Below, in pieces: positions 9,771 to 20,000 of a stretch of DNA of 20,000 bases. Below the pieces are notes generated by a model, which made no database searches, had not been told where the DNA came from, and saw only the letters and a list, made by a program, of their open reading frames with translations. The stretch is taken from positions 48,158,167 through 48,178,166 of the forward strand of contig NC_057728.1 of NCBI RefSeq assembly GCF_004010195.1, written 5' to 3'. The DNA is from Chiloscyllium plagiosum. Lineage: Eukaryota. The position numbers and the translations under genes were made by a program. The stretch's first letter is position 1; the number at the start of each line of letters is the position of its first letter.

Positions 9771-10059
9771 ACCCAGGCATTCCTTCACTCCCTCACGCAG
9801 TGTCTCAGTCTCTCAGACATGCTCTGTCTCTCTCACACACTCTCTCCTTCCCTCTTACGTTCTCCAATAGCTCAGGAATCCTGCTCCACATTTTCACGCC
9901 AATCGTTCAAAGGGCCAAAGCCGAGAGTTTAGTCCTCCCACAACCCACTCACCAACTTGCAGTGTCTTCCTCCAACCTGCTCACAGTCTACTCCCCTAAC
10001 CCACTCACAGCGCCATCCTCTGACCCACCCATCAGAAATCCATACCTTGTAGTTCCCCG

Positions 10060-10570
10060 GGACTTGAGAGGGACTGGAGGCTGTCTCAGGATCCTTGGTC
10101 AATTTCTGCAGTGCATCTTGTAGACAGTACACATTGCTGCTACTGAGCATTCATGGTGGAGAGAGTGGATGTTTATCGATGGGGGGGGGCAATAAAGTTG
10201 GCTACTTTGTCTTGCATGGTATCAAGCTTCTTCAGCATTGTTGGAGCTACACTCATTCAGGCAAGTGGGGATTACTCCATCACACTCCTAACTTACACTT
10301 TATAAATGATGGACAAACTTTGGGTAGTCAGGGGGTGAGTTACTCACTGCAAGATTTCAAGATTTCCCTGAACATAATTTTTGCACTATCCAGTCCCTTC
10401 TTTGTTTCTTGATATCACATGGAGTGAATCAAATTGGTTGAAGACTGGCATCTAAGATGCTTGGAATTTCTCGAGGAGGTCAGGATAGGTCATCAACTTG
10501 GCATTTCTGGTTGATGTAGAATTTGTAACAGATTCTTCAGCCTTGTCTTTTCCACTGGTGTACTGAGCTA
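10060..10570 (-). mobile_element. Internally deleted CR1/L2-group LINE RT fragments
   Basis: Minus strand gives AQYTSGKDKAE... (10393-10570), then VRSVME*SPLA*MSVAPTMLKKLDTMQDK and HSLHHECSVAAMCTVYKMHCRN (10060-10355), motifs of the C-terminal part of a non-LTR RT ORF. Confidence 0.7.
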
Positions 10571-12159
10571 TCAGAATATACAAATTGGCAGAGACATTAA
10601 AATATTGCCCTAACAGTACCAGGCTTTTTACACTTAAAACAAAGATGCATTTCACACCTCATAAAAATGCAATATATTAAACAATTTGCAATAATTTTAA
10701 TATTCATATTTTCCAAACCACCAATCTGATCTTATAAATGGTGTCATTTCCATTAAATGCAGCACTGTCTATAATCACGTTTGTATTTTTTTTTCTTGTA
10801 ATTTTTTTGCTTTTGGGGATACTTTCAGATGGACTTTGTTTCCCAAGTATGCTCTTCCTTCTCTTCATTACATCCCTTCTTGTTCCTTCATCCCAACTCT
10901 TAAAAAGAAATTGCAATTTAGTTATTAACATGTAGGACAAAAACAACAACATGGCACCTGTAATGTATTACCATAAACCAAGGCCAAAACCTGCAGGTTT
11001 CAGGATATTTGTACAATAAGATTCGCTGGAACTTAAGGAGTGTTCCATGTCTGATACCTTCAACGTGAAGTTGACTGAATGTCTAAGAACTGTTTCCTTT
11101 GCTTTGTTACTGGACAGCTGTGTAGCCAGGATAAGGGGTCTGCCAATCTGCGTAAGCAGCATTGTTACATAGAATGATTAGTCCCTCGAGAAATGCATGC
11201 AGTTAGTGTGTTCTCTTAATAAATCACAGCTACTAAACTAATAGAATATTTGAACTGGTGGTTGGAAAATACCTAGAGGTTATAGTCACATGGTGTGCCG
11301 TAGCATGGAAATAATTCAAGTGGTCTAGGCCAGACATTGGATTATGGAAAAGGTGCTACATACCTTGGAATATAGCAGGTTTTTTAAAACAAAACTGCAA
11401 GCTTATTTATGAGACATTCTGCCAAATTCACACTAAATGAGACAGACAATGTGTCAGGAGTTGTGTGTTCTTTGCCTTTAACTATAATGGTCATAAAGAT
11501 TTTTTGAGCAGTTGGACCCAGATTCAATTTTCTGTAATTCCTTTGAAAGCATTTATTATCCTGTTTGAGATAGAACTTGCATTTTAGTAACACTGTTTGG
11601 AATTAGATCTGATCACTTTTTAAGAAGTTTTATGATAGTTGTCAAAATACACTGTCTTTTTTAACCCACAACCTTAAATATTGCAAATGGGAATAAATAG
11701 AATGTGAAGGATTAATGAATGATTAAATTTGGTTTGTTTCTGGCCCATTTAACTTTGATTTCTTGAATGCTCATTTATTAAACTTCAGTGCAAGTGGTGC
11801 ACTGTGTATAGTTCTTGTTGCTCCTATTATAAATGGATAAAGAGACACTGAAAGGGGAACAGAAAAAGATTTATGTTGATGCCAGTCTATATTTGAGGCA
11901 ACATGTTAGCTCACTTTATTATGTGACTATTGAGTGGTTCAAAACAGTGCCAACTGTGTGGGTTTAATTGTCATTCTGGGTGTTGACTGGGGACCTGTTT
12001 CCTTGACCTGCCCCTGAGAGTGGGAAGCAATGGCAAACCACCACTGACAAGAAATAGCATTTGATAGACAAACTTAAGTAATCTCTCAACCAAAGGAGCA
12101 AGTCTAAGCTCTGCAGTCCTTTAACATCCAGCTGTGAATGGTTGTGGTCAGAAGTAAAT

Positions 12160-12670
12160 GTCAAATTTTCCAATCCTCAATGATGGGGGAGCTCAACACA
12201 TCAGAAAAAGAAAAGACTGAAGCATTTTCAATCATGTTCAGTCACAAGTACCAAATGAATACCACATTACTACCTCCTCCTGAGTTTCCCAATATGACAG
12301 AAACTAGACTTCAGCCAATTCAATTCATTCTATGTGATATCAAGAACTATCTTGAAGGCACTGTGAACTGCAAAGGCTTTGGGTCTCAAAAACATTCCAG
12401 CAATAGTACTGAAGAATTGTCCTCCAAAATTGATGACACGCATAGCCAACCAGTTTCAGTACCTCTACAACATCAGCATCTACCCAGCAATGTGAAACGT
12501 TGGCCAGATAGAATTTGTCCACAAAACGAAGGTCAAATTCAATCCAGCCAATTATGACCACATCAGACCTCAATCATCAACAAAAGTGATGAAATGGATC
12601 ATTGACATTGTGTTGAGACAGCACTTACACAGCGATAATTGCTCTCTGATGCTCATTTTGGGTTCCACAT
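12160..12670 (+). mobile_element. Same LINE family as 10060-10570, RT N-terminal fragment
   Basis: EKEKTEAFSIMFSHKY...PPPEFPNMTETRLQPIQFILCDIK and, in another frame, FNPANY; homologous in opposite orientation to 10393-10570. Confidence 0.7.
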
Positions 12671-13120
12671 GTCCTAAAGTCGGCTCTCAGCGAGTTGACA
12701 ATTTGAGAATAACTACAGCAAGCAAAATTCAGTCTGAAGAACAGCCCAGTCCTGCAGCTTCCAAAGCAACACTGCCCCCTGGTCCAAAACCCAAACAAAA
12801 CCAGGTCACCCTTTGGTTTCTCTTTCCTTTTTAACATTCTCTGTCATTGGCTGGCCAGTACTGGTCATCCCTTGATTAACTAATTCAACATGCAGCTAGC
12901 GTGGTGGTCCCTCAGCATAATGGAACCTTGGTGCCAGTTCATCTGTAGCGGTCTTAAAGCACTAATTACTGTAATCTGCTTTATCTTTTCAGGCCAGTTT
13001 CCAGAAGCAAACCTTTGCTCTTTTTTCTATTTTTCAAAAAAAGCTGCTCAAAACTCAGAATGGAGTTCTCAACTGTAATTCATAGTTCCAAACCAAACAC
13101 GATAAAAATAAAGGAAATAA

Positions 13121-13227
13121 TTTTGGATGTAGGTTTGCTCGCTGAGCTAAAAGATTCATTTCCAGACATTTTGTTACCTTATTAGGTAACATCTTCAGTG
13201 GACCTCAGGCGAAGCAATGCTGAAAAT
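13121..13227 (-). mobile_element. Terminal fragment of a second Penelope-like family
   Basis: ggatgtaggtttgctcgctgagct...catttccagacattttgttaccttattaggtaacatcttcagtgg resembles a recalled shark PLE terminus and carries a hammerhead-like motif. Confidence 0.65.
13161..13202 (-). ncRNA. Degenerate minimal type I hammerhead ribozyme with intact stems I and II
   Basis: Minus strand: TCCA-CTGAAGA-T-GTTACC-TAATAA-GGTAAC-AAAA-T-GTC-TGGA; 4-bp stem I (TCCA/TGGA), 6-bp stem II; cGAAAcg changed to cAAAAtg, as expected from CpG decay. Confidence 0.62.
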
Positions 13228-13570
13228 GGAACAAATGCTAATAGGTTGAAGTTAGAAGGGCAAAAGGAGACAAAGAGTTTCGCAACCTGTTTCCACACAG
13301 CTCACTGTTGAACTCCTAAATAGTTCTGGATTGAACTTTTCAGCTAGAGAGCTGACCACTCCCCTTTCATTATACAGGTTGCATCTAAAACATGACCACT
13401 TTGGCCTGAAGTCTTATCCGTTTATACATAAACAAAAGGCCTCCCAAAATCCTTTAAGTTCTGTACCAAACCAGTTTAATCTGAACCGGGAGCTGTTTAT
13501 GACCCCTCTGGAAAAAAAACCAAGGACACAGCATCCATGAGAAAGGAACAGCTTTTAGCAAAAAAGGACC
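13223..13570 (-). repeat. 3' LTR (partial)
   Basis: Matches 18497-18839 (about 27 substitutions in about 250 bp by hand count); adjoins a polypurine tract on the - strand (aaggcgggggggggg, about 13569-13583); truncated at the PLE fragment. Confidence 0.88.
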
Positions 13571-13751
13571 CCCCCCCCGCCTTAAAAAATTAATCATCAA
13601 TATCAAAAGATGGCTTCATTTTTAAAACCCTTCAAAAACCCAATAATTGGTCTAAACACATGTATACACTATACTAACTATAAACATGCAAAAATGCATA
13701 AACACATGCAAGTTCAGGCCATGGCACACCAGCCACCGAATGCCCGATATC

Positions 13752-14680
13752 TCATTCGAGTCTCGATGATGCATAGGCAATCACGTTTGCGTGACCTGCC
13801 ACATACACAGTTGTCAAATTGAATGGCTGCACAATAAGCTCTGACTAAACAGTCTGGCATTTTTGTCCTTAAACTTTTCCAAAAATGTCATTGGGTTATG
13901 ATCAGTGTATATGATTGTCCCAGATGCATTGCTGGTAATATAAACACTGAAATGTTGTAATGCCAACACTAAACTTAAAGTCTCTTTCTCCACCCTTGAA
14001 TATTTCTGTTGATGAATGTTCAACTTCCTGGAAAAATACCCGATGGGTCTTTATATCCCTTTGTCATCCTCCCGCAGGAGCACTGCACCAACACCTACAT
14101 CACTAGCATCGATAGCCACCTTGAAAGGCTTCATGTAATCCGGTGTGGCTATTCTGCTTTTCTCGTTGACAGTGTGAGAAATTTCCCAATTACTTACGTT
14201 TTCATATCCCATAGTGCCATTTGTCCATGTCCAATAACATGGCCCAGGAAGGTGGCTTGGGTTTTGGCAAATTCCATTTTAGCTCAGGTTACCACGAAGG
14301 CTGCCTTCCAAGGTCAATCAAACAAGTCCAATAAATGCTGTAAATGTTCCTTCAATGAGTGACTAAAAATCACCAGGTCATCAATGTAAACAACACAATT
14401 GGGTTACCTGCCTATGACCTTATTAGTCAGTCTTTGAAATGTGGCTGGAACGTTTTTCATACCAAATGGCATGACTTTGAAGTAATATAGTCCATTTGGC
14501 GTTATGAAAGCCAAAATTGCCTTTGCTGTCACTGAGCAAGTCCAACTTAGAAATGTAAGTTGCTTGTCCCACTTTTTCGACACAGTCCTCCAACCGTGGA
14601 ATTGGATATGCATCAGTCTTTGTAATGACGTTGACTTTGCAATAGTCAACACATAACTGTTGGGTACCATCTGGCTTTGT
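13752..14680 (-). pseudogene. Gypsy pol remnant: reverse transcriptase and RNase H
   Basis: [113 protein letters not shown]; ends QPFNLTTVYVAGHANVIAYASSRLE* (stop 13752-13754). Frameshifted and internally deleted. Confidence 0.9.
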
Positions 14681-17069
14681 GGTCCACCTTGGCACAAACA
14701 ACTTAGGCAAGGCTAGGAAGGAGGACCTGTTTGGGGAGTATCAAGCACTAAGAAGGAAATTAAAGAACAGGTCCTCAAGGGTCATAATCACTGGATTACT
14801 GCCCAAGCCATGTGCTAATTGGCATTGGGATAAGAAAATTAAGGAAGTAAACATGTGACTAAGAGATTGGTGTGGGAAAGAGGGATTCCATTTCATGGGA
14901 CATTGGCATCAGTGTTGGAGCTGAGCGATCTGTACCAATGGGACGGTCTCCACTTGGACTGATCTGGAACCAGTGTTCTGGTGAAAAGGATAAATAGGGT
15001 GGTCACTAGGACTTTAAACTTGTGAGTGGGGGTGGGAGGGGGGAAAGAGAAAGCAACAGGGAGTATGGAGCCAAGTAGAAAGATAAGTAGCAGGTTAACA
15101 TGTGTGCAGGATTTAAGTTCGAGGCAGACTAGGAATGAAGCAAAAAGGAAGGATAATTTAGGACATATTACTAGAGGTGATGGAAATCATGACGATAAGA
15201 AAAGTAGCATTAAGGTGCTTCACCTGAATGCTCGTAGTATTCGTAACAAAGTAGATGAATTAACAGCACAAATCATCATGAATGACTATGATGTGGTAAG
15301 CATCACAGAGACATGGTTGCAGGGGTTCAGGACCAGCAGTTAAACATCCAAGGATTTATAACTTATCAAAAAGATGGGGAGGTGGGCAGAGGGGGTGGGG
15401 TTGCCTTGTTAGTTAAGAATGAAATTAAATCAATGGTACCGAATGACATAGGGTCAAATGATGTGGAGTCTGTATGGGTGGAGTTGAGGAACCACAAAGG
15501 CAAAAAAACCATAATGGGAGTTATGTACAGACCTCCTAACAGTGGTCAGGATAAGGGGCACAAGATGTACAAGGAAATAGATAGGGCATGTCAGAAAGGC
15601 AAGGTCATGGTGATCATGGGGGACTTCAATATGCAAATGAACTGAGTGAATAATGTTGCCAGTGGATCCAAAGAAAGAGAATTTGTGAAATGCCTACAGG
15701 ATAGCTTTTTGGAACAGCTTGTGATGGAGCCCACAAGGGAGCAGGCTATTCTGGACTTAATGCTATGTAAATAGGCGGGCTTTATAAAAGATCTCTAAGT
15801 CAGGGAACACTTAGGAGGCAGTGATCATAATATGGTAGAGTTCAGTCTGCAGTTTGAAAGAGAGAAGGCAAAATCAGATGTAATGGTGTTACAGTTAAAT
15901 AAAGGTAATTACTGGGGCATGAGAGAGGAACTGATGAAAATCGACTGGAAGCAGAGCCCAGTGGGGAAGACAGTAGAGCAACAATGGCAGGAGTTTCTGT
16001 GTGTAATTGAAGACACAGTACAGAAATTCATCCCAAAGAAAAGAAAGATTATCCCAGTGATGGGTTAGACAGCCGTGGCTGACAAAGGAAGTCAGGAAAT
16101 GTATCATAGGTAAAGAGAGCCTATAAAGTGGCCAAGAGCACTAGGAAATCAGAAAATTGGGAAGACTACAAAAACAAACAGAGGATAACAAAGAGAGAAA
16201 TAAGGATGGAGACAATCAAATATGAAGGTAGGCGAGCCAGTAATAGTAGAAATGATAAGTAAAAGTTTCTTTTAATACATAAGAAACAAACGAGAGGCAA
16301 AAGTAGAAATTGGGCCGTTCCAAATTGATGCAGGAAGGCTCATGATGAGAGATAAGGAATAGCCTAAGAACTTAATAAATACTTTGTGTCAGTCTTCACA
16401 GTGGAAGACATGAGTAATATCCCAACAATTAAGGAGAGTCAAGGGGCAGAGTTGAGTATGGTAGCTAGAAAAGCTAAAGAGAAAGTGCTAGAAAAGCTAA
16501 AAGGTCTAAAAATTGATAAATCTCCTGGCCCTGATGGGCTACATCCTAGAGTTCTGAGGGAGGTGGCTGAAGAAATAGCAGAGGCGTTGGTTGTAATTTT
16601 TCAAAAATCACTGGAGTCAGGGAAAGTCCCAGATGATTGGAAAATCATTGTTGTAATCTTCTTGTTCAAGAAAGGATCAAGACAAAAGATGGAAAATTAT
16701 AGGCCGATTAGCCTAACCTCGGTTGTAGGTAAAATTCTAGAATCTGTCGTTAAGGATGAGATTTTTAAATTCTTGTAAGAGCAGGGTCAGATTAGAACAA
16801 GTCAGCATGGATTTAGTAAGGGGTGGTCGTGCCTGACAAACCTGTTTGAATTCTTTGAAGAGGTAACAAGTAGGTTAGACCAGGGAAACCCAGTGGATGT
16901 TATCTACCTCAATTTCCAAAGGCCTTTGATAAGGTGCCTCACGGGAGGCTGCTGAATAAGGTGAGGGCCCATGGTGTTCGAGGTGAGCTACTGGCATGGA
17001 TTGGGGATTGGCTGTCTGACAGAAGGCAGAGAGTTGGGATAAAAGGTTCTTTTCAGAATGGCAGCTAGT
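14679..17069 (+). mobile_element. CR1 LINE (ORF1 esterase end, APE endonuclease, partial RT), truncated at both ends, nested antisense in the LTR element
   Basis: ORF1: [10 protein letters not shown]...IITGLLP...RDWCGKEGFHF...WDGLHL (SGNH-like, stop 15023-15025). ORF2: HLNARSIRNKVDEL, ITETWL, GRGGGVALLVK, YRPPNS, IMGDFN, GSDH, KSPGPDGLHPRVL, NYRPISLTSVVGKILE, QHGF, FDKVPH; stops abruptly at FSEWQLV. Multiple stops and frameshifts. Confidence 0.93.
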
Positions 17070-18120
17070 CTCACCATGAATTCCTGTTACCAGTACCTTT
17101 TCTGGCAATAGTCCCTCAGGAGTACATACCTCCTCATCCTTCAGACTGAGAGGATCCTGTGTCCCTTAATATTGTAACCTCTTTATCTGCTACTCCTGGC
17201 CTATGTGAATAAACTTTACCCTTGCATGTATATTTTTAAGCAGATCTGACACTTTCACCTTAATCAACCTCTCATCATCTTGTCCATGCTCAGGCAGTTG
17301 TCTAACGTCCCTTGTGTGTTTTGTTACTAGACCAATAAAATTCCCAGGCTTGTCTGGTTTTCCTACATCTGGCTTTCTCCTAGCCACAAACACTGTGATT
17401 TCATGTGGCCGACTTTATTACAATGAAAACACTGGAGCTTTTTAGCTTCCTTGTCCCTCTCAAGGGTTTCTTTTTTACCCTGTGGCAAGTTCTCCTTATG
17501 ATCTTCACTGAGATCTACCTTTTCCTTTCCACATGAGGATTTCTTTTTGCCCCAATTTCTATCCCTCATGGACTGAAATTGATTCTGGAAGCCAAACCGA
17601 GTGTTATGGACCAGCTCATAATCATCAGCCACTTCAGCTGCTATTCTTGCCATTTTAACTCCTTGCTCTTCCACATGAGTTCTCACTATTTTCTCACTAA
17701 GGTTACCTTCAGCCTTTATCTTCAGCCTTTTAAGCTGACTTTCCTTTCTAAGTGTCAGTTTTTGAAGTTCAAAAGCTTTCTCCTTTCCTTTCTCTTCTGC
17801 TGCTCTCTCTTTTTCCCTCTCTTCTGCTTTTAATTGTAACTCAAACTGTTTCATTTCTGCTGCCATTTCCTTCTCTCTCACTTCTAATTCCAGCTGCTTT
17901 ATTTGCAATTGAATTCTTGCAATCTCTATTAATTCAGATGGTTTCTCCGGCAAGTTTAAAAGCTGAGCTACTCTTGTAATTATCTCTCCTTTCCTCACAG
18001 AAGCAGGTCCAATCCCAGCTTGTCTGCTAATTCTGCAGCTTGGTCTTATTCACCTTTTGCAAAACTTCCAAAGTCACCGCATCCACTTCCAGAAAACATT
18101 TGGCGACAGAAAGAGGTATT
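17070..18120 (-). pseudogene. Gypsy gag and partial aspartic protease remnant
   Basis: ORF 17363..17998: N-terminal coiled coil, VRTHVEEQ...AAEVADDY (SCAN/capsid C-terminal-like remnant), CFHCNKVGHMKSQC zinc knuckle; downstream VTILRDTGSSQS (DTG at 17155-17163). Confidence 0.88.
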
Positions 18121-18197
18121 ACTATCCCAAACTTTGTCTAACCAACCAAACCAACACCCAAAATAAAGACACTAGCACTTAACACTTGATGTTTAAA

Positions 18198-18206
18198 GAG
18201 CGCCCA
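18198..18206 (-). promoter_or_regulatory. Candidate primer-binding site (tRNA-Pro-like)
   Basis: Minus strand TGGGCGCTC lies 3 nt after the LTR-terminal CA; 8/9 match to TGGGGGCTC, the complement of the tRNA-Pro 3' end. The rest of the expected match is absent. Confidence 0.5.
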
Positions 18207-18209
18207 ATC

Positions 18210-18851
18210 TGTTAAGGAGTAGGCCAGACCACTGAAAACATTCTGAAGCAGGCAGCCCAGACCATAACTTTGCAATTTATTTTGATAAGTGTGCAGTGAA
18301 AATTACCCGGAGTAAGTTAGCTAGGTTGACTACCAGGTTTTAAAACAGACAAAAATTTATTCACAAAACCACACAATGAAACACAGAGAACAGAACAAAG
18401 AACGCCTAAAGAACTCCGTCTATCCAAACTAGACTTAATTATGCTGTTCCAAATATACACAACAGTCCCAAGAAGCAAACTCCCTTAAAGAACAGTAAAA
18501 ATGATACAAATGCTTACAGATTGAAGTTAGAAGGGCAGAAGAAAAGTGAGAGTTTCGCAACTTGTTTCCACACAGCTCACTGTTGAACTCATAACTAGTT
18601 CTGGACTGAAATGCTCAGCTAGAGAGCTGACCACTCCTCTTTCATTATACAGGTCACTTCTAAAACATGATCACTTCAGCCTGAAGTTTCATCTGTTTAC
18701 GTATAAACAAAAGGCTTCTCAAAACCCTTTAATCTCTGTACCAAACCAGTCTAATCAGAACCGGGAGCTGTTTATGACCCCTCTGGAAAAAACCAAGGAC
18801 CCCTCTGAGAAAAGGAACAGCTTTTAGAAAAAAGGGACCAGCTTTGTGTCA
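18210..18851 (-). repeat. 5' LTR (about 640 bp, TG...CA termini)
   Basis: Starts tgttaag at 18210, ends gtgtca at 18851; its right portion repeats at 13223-13570; adjacent to the PBS-like site. Confidence 0.82.
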
Positions 18852-18859
18852 ATAACAAT

Positions 18860-19850
18860 GATTTGAATGTGAGGACTGATCATATATTGAAATTGCTGAT
18901 TAATATCACATAGCTAAGGAAGTAAGTTATCATGAGGAGGTGAAGAGGCTGTTAAAGGATGTAATTGGGTTAGGTGAGTGAGAAAAATATTGGCAGGTAG
19001 AATACAATATAGGGAAATGTGAGCTGGTGAGGTGTAGGGAGGGTGTTCCAGATTTTTATACATAGACATCTAACAATAGTGAAATGCTTCAAATTGAGGA
19101 TGCTCAAGAGGTCAGAACTAGAGAAATCAAAAACAATATGAAGTTGTGGAGCTGGAGAAGATTAAGGAGCTGGTGTGAGGTAAATGATAGGTCATGGAAT
19201 AAAGGAACAGTAGCAGCATGGATACAAAAGGCTGAGTGACAGGAAACAAGAGGCATTTGGATGGGTATATGAATAGGAAGGTTTGGAGGGATATGGGCCG
19301 GGTGCTGGGAGGTGGGACTAGATTGGGTTGGGATATCTGGTCGGCATGGACGGGTTAGACCAAAAGGTCTGTTTCCATGCTGTACATCTCTATGACTCGA
19401 AGTAAAAGGGTATTTTCCGGCTGGAGAAAGGTTTGTAATGCAGTTCCCTAGGGGTCAGTGTTGGGACGTATGCTTTCCCTGACATTATAAATGGTCTAGA
19501 TTTTGGTGTGCAAGAGACCAATTAAAAGTTTATAGATGATACAAAACTTGGGAGCATTGTAAATTGTGGAGAGGACAATGTAAAACTTCAAAAAGACAAT
19601 TTAGTGAAGTAGGCAATGAGGAGACAGATGTCTCTGGCGCTGTGAGGCAGCAGTGCTAACCACTGTGCCACCGTGCCACCCAATAGATGATACAAAACTT
19701 GGGAGAATTGTAAATTGTGGAGAGGACAATGTAAAACTTCAAAAAGACAATTTAGTGAAGTAGGCAATGAGGAGACAGATGTAGTTTAGTGCAGAGAAAT
19801 ATGAGATGATGCATATTGGCACAAAGAATGTGGACGGACTATATAAAATA
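18860..19850 (+). mobile_element. Cluster of nested CR1 RT and 3'-end fragments
   Basis: 18860-19025 encodes LGE*EKYWQVEYNIGKCE-like RT sequence; 19190-19850 is an RT piece (LSDRKQ...VP*GSVLG...FIDDTKLG...FSAEKYEMMHIG) interrupted by a separate CR1 3' end at about 19250-19398 (gaccaaaaggtctgtttccatgctgtacatctctatgactc). Confidence 0.78.
19532..19782 (+). repeat. 100-bp direct repeat (19532-19631 and 19683-19782) bracketing a 51-bp SINE head
   Basis: The copies differ at one position (gggagCatt vs gggagAatt); the spacer read on the - strand is tgggtggcacggtggcacagtggttagcactgctgcctcacagcgccagag, an HE1/V-SINE-like 5' end. Confidence 0.9.
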
Positions 19851-19855
19851 AATTC

Positions 19856-20000
19856 TGGATTAGTGGTGCTGGAAGAGCACAGCAATTCAGGCAGCATCCA
19901 AGGAGAGGCAAAATCCGAGGACAGGCAAAATCGATGTTTCGGGCAAAAGCCCTTCATCAGGAATAAAGGCAGAGAGCCTGAAGCGTGGAGAGATAAGCTA
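19856..20000 (-). mobile_element. Penelope-like terminal repeat (runs off the window end)
   Basis: ggattagtggtgctggaagagcacagc...ggcagcatcc...gtttcgggcaaaagcccttcatcagg, same family as 1024-1123 and 3199-3353. Confidence 0.8.
19933..19960 (-). ncRNA. Minimal hammerhead ribozyme motif
   Basis: Minus strand: CTGATGA-A-GGGC-TTTT-GCCC-GAAA-C-ATC; boxes and stem II intact, the ACGT palindrome changed to ACAT. Confidence 0.58.

Larger units (their letters stand above)
13223..18851 (-). mobile_element. Decayed Ty3/Gypsy LTR retrotransposon, probably Gmr1 clade, with large internal deletions and a nested CR1
   Basis: Two direct-repeat LTRs, PBS-like site, gag with CCHC knuckle, protease DTG, RT, RNase H and polypurine tract, all on the - strand in consistent order. 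Confidence 0.9.

Noticed and set aside
10704..10952. Hydrophobic 65-aa ORF (+) and Lys-rich 82-aa ORF (-)
   Set aside because: Explained by T-rich composition; splicing from 8142 to the AG at 10828-10829 does not give the PTP Q-loop.
12960..13078. Acceptor-like ttatcttttcAG at about 12992 as candidate terminal PTPRR exon
   Set aside because: In-phase translation (R-PVSRSKPLL...) lacks the GGMVQT/QY motif.
16464..16502. Duplicated gctagaaaagctaaa within the CR1
   Set aside because: Small local duplication in a dead element; no functional implication.
1..20000. Prokaryotic-type systems (CRISPR arrays, operons, defence or retron loci)
   Set aside because: The sequence is a vertebrate intronic region; the RT and nuclease motifs all belong to known retroelement classes and no regularly spaced repeat array is present.

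Overview
Eukaryotic, intron-dominated window; the repeat content (HE1/V-SINE-like and SacSINE1/DeuSINE-like SINEs, CR1 LINEs, Penelope-like elements) points to a cartilaginous fish (shark). The only convincing host coding sequence is two + strand exons of a KIM-family protein tyrosine phosphatase, best matching PTPRR (5911-6068 with the WPD loop, 8029-8142 with the catalytic HCSAGIGR motif after splicing). The flanking exons lie outside the window. The introns hold: a heavily decayed, apparently intronless CLIP1 (CLIP-170)-like pseudogene on the - strand (1-~2100); a Penelope-like element with an internal inversion and inverted terminal repeats (3194-4431); five minimal hammerhead-ribozyme motifs in Penelope-like terminal repeats; a decayed Gmr1-type Gypsy LTR retrotransposon (13223-18851, - strand) with a nested CR1 LINE; and many SINE/LINE fragments. 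I found no evidence for a wholly new biological system. The most interesting items are the hammerhead motifs, the inverted Penelope architecture, the CLIP1-like fossil and a 100-bp duplication around a SINE head. All family assignments come from recalled motifs, not database searches.
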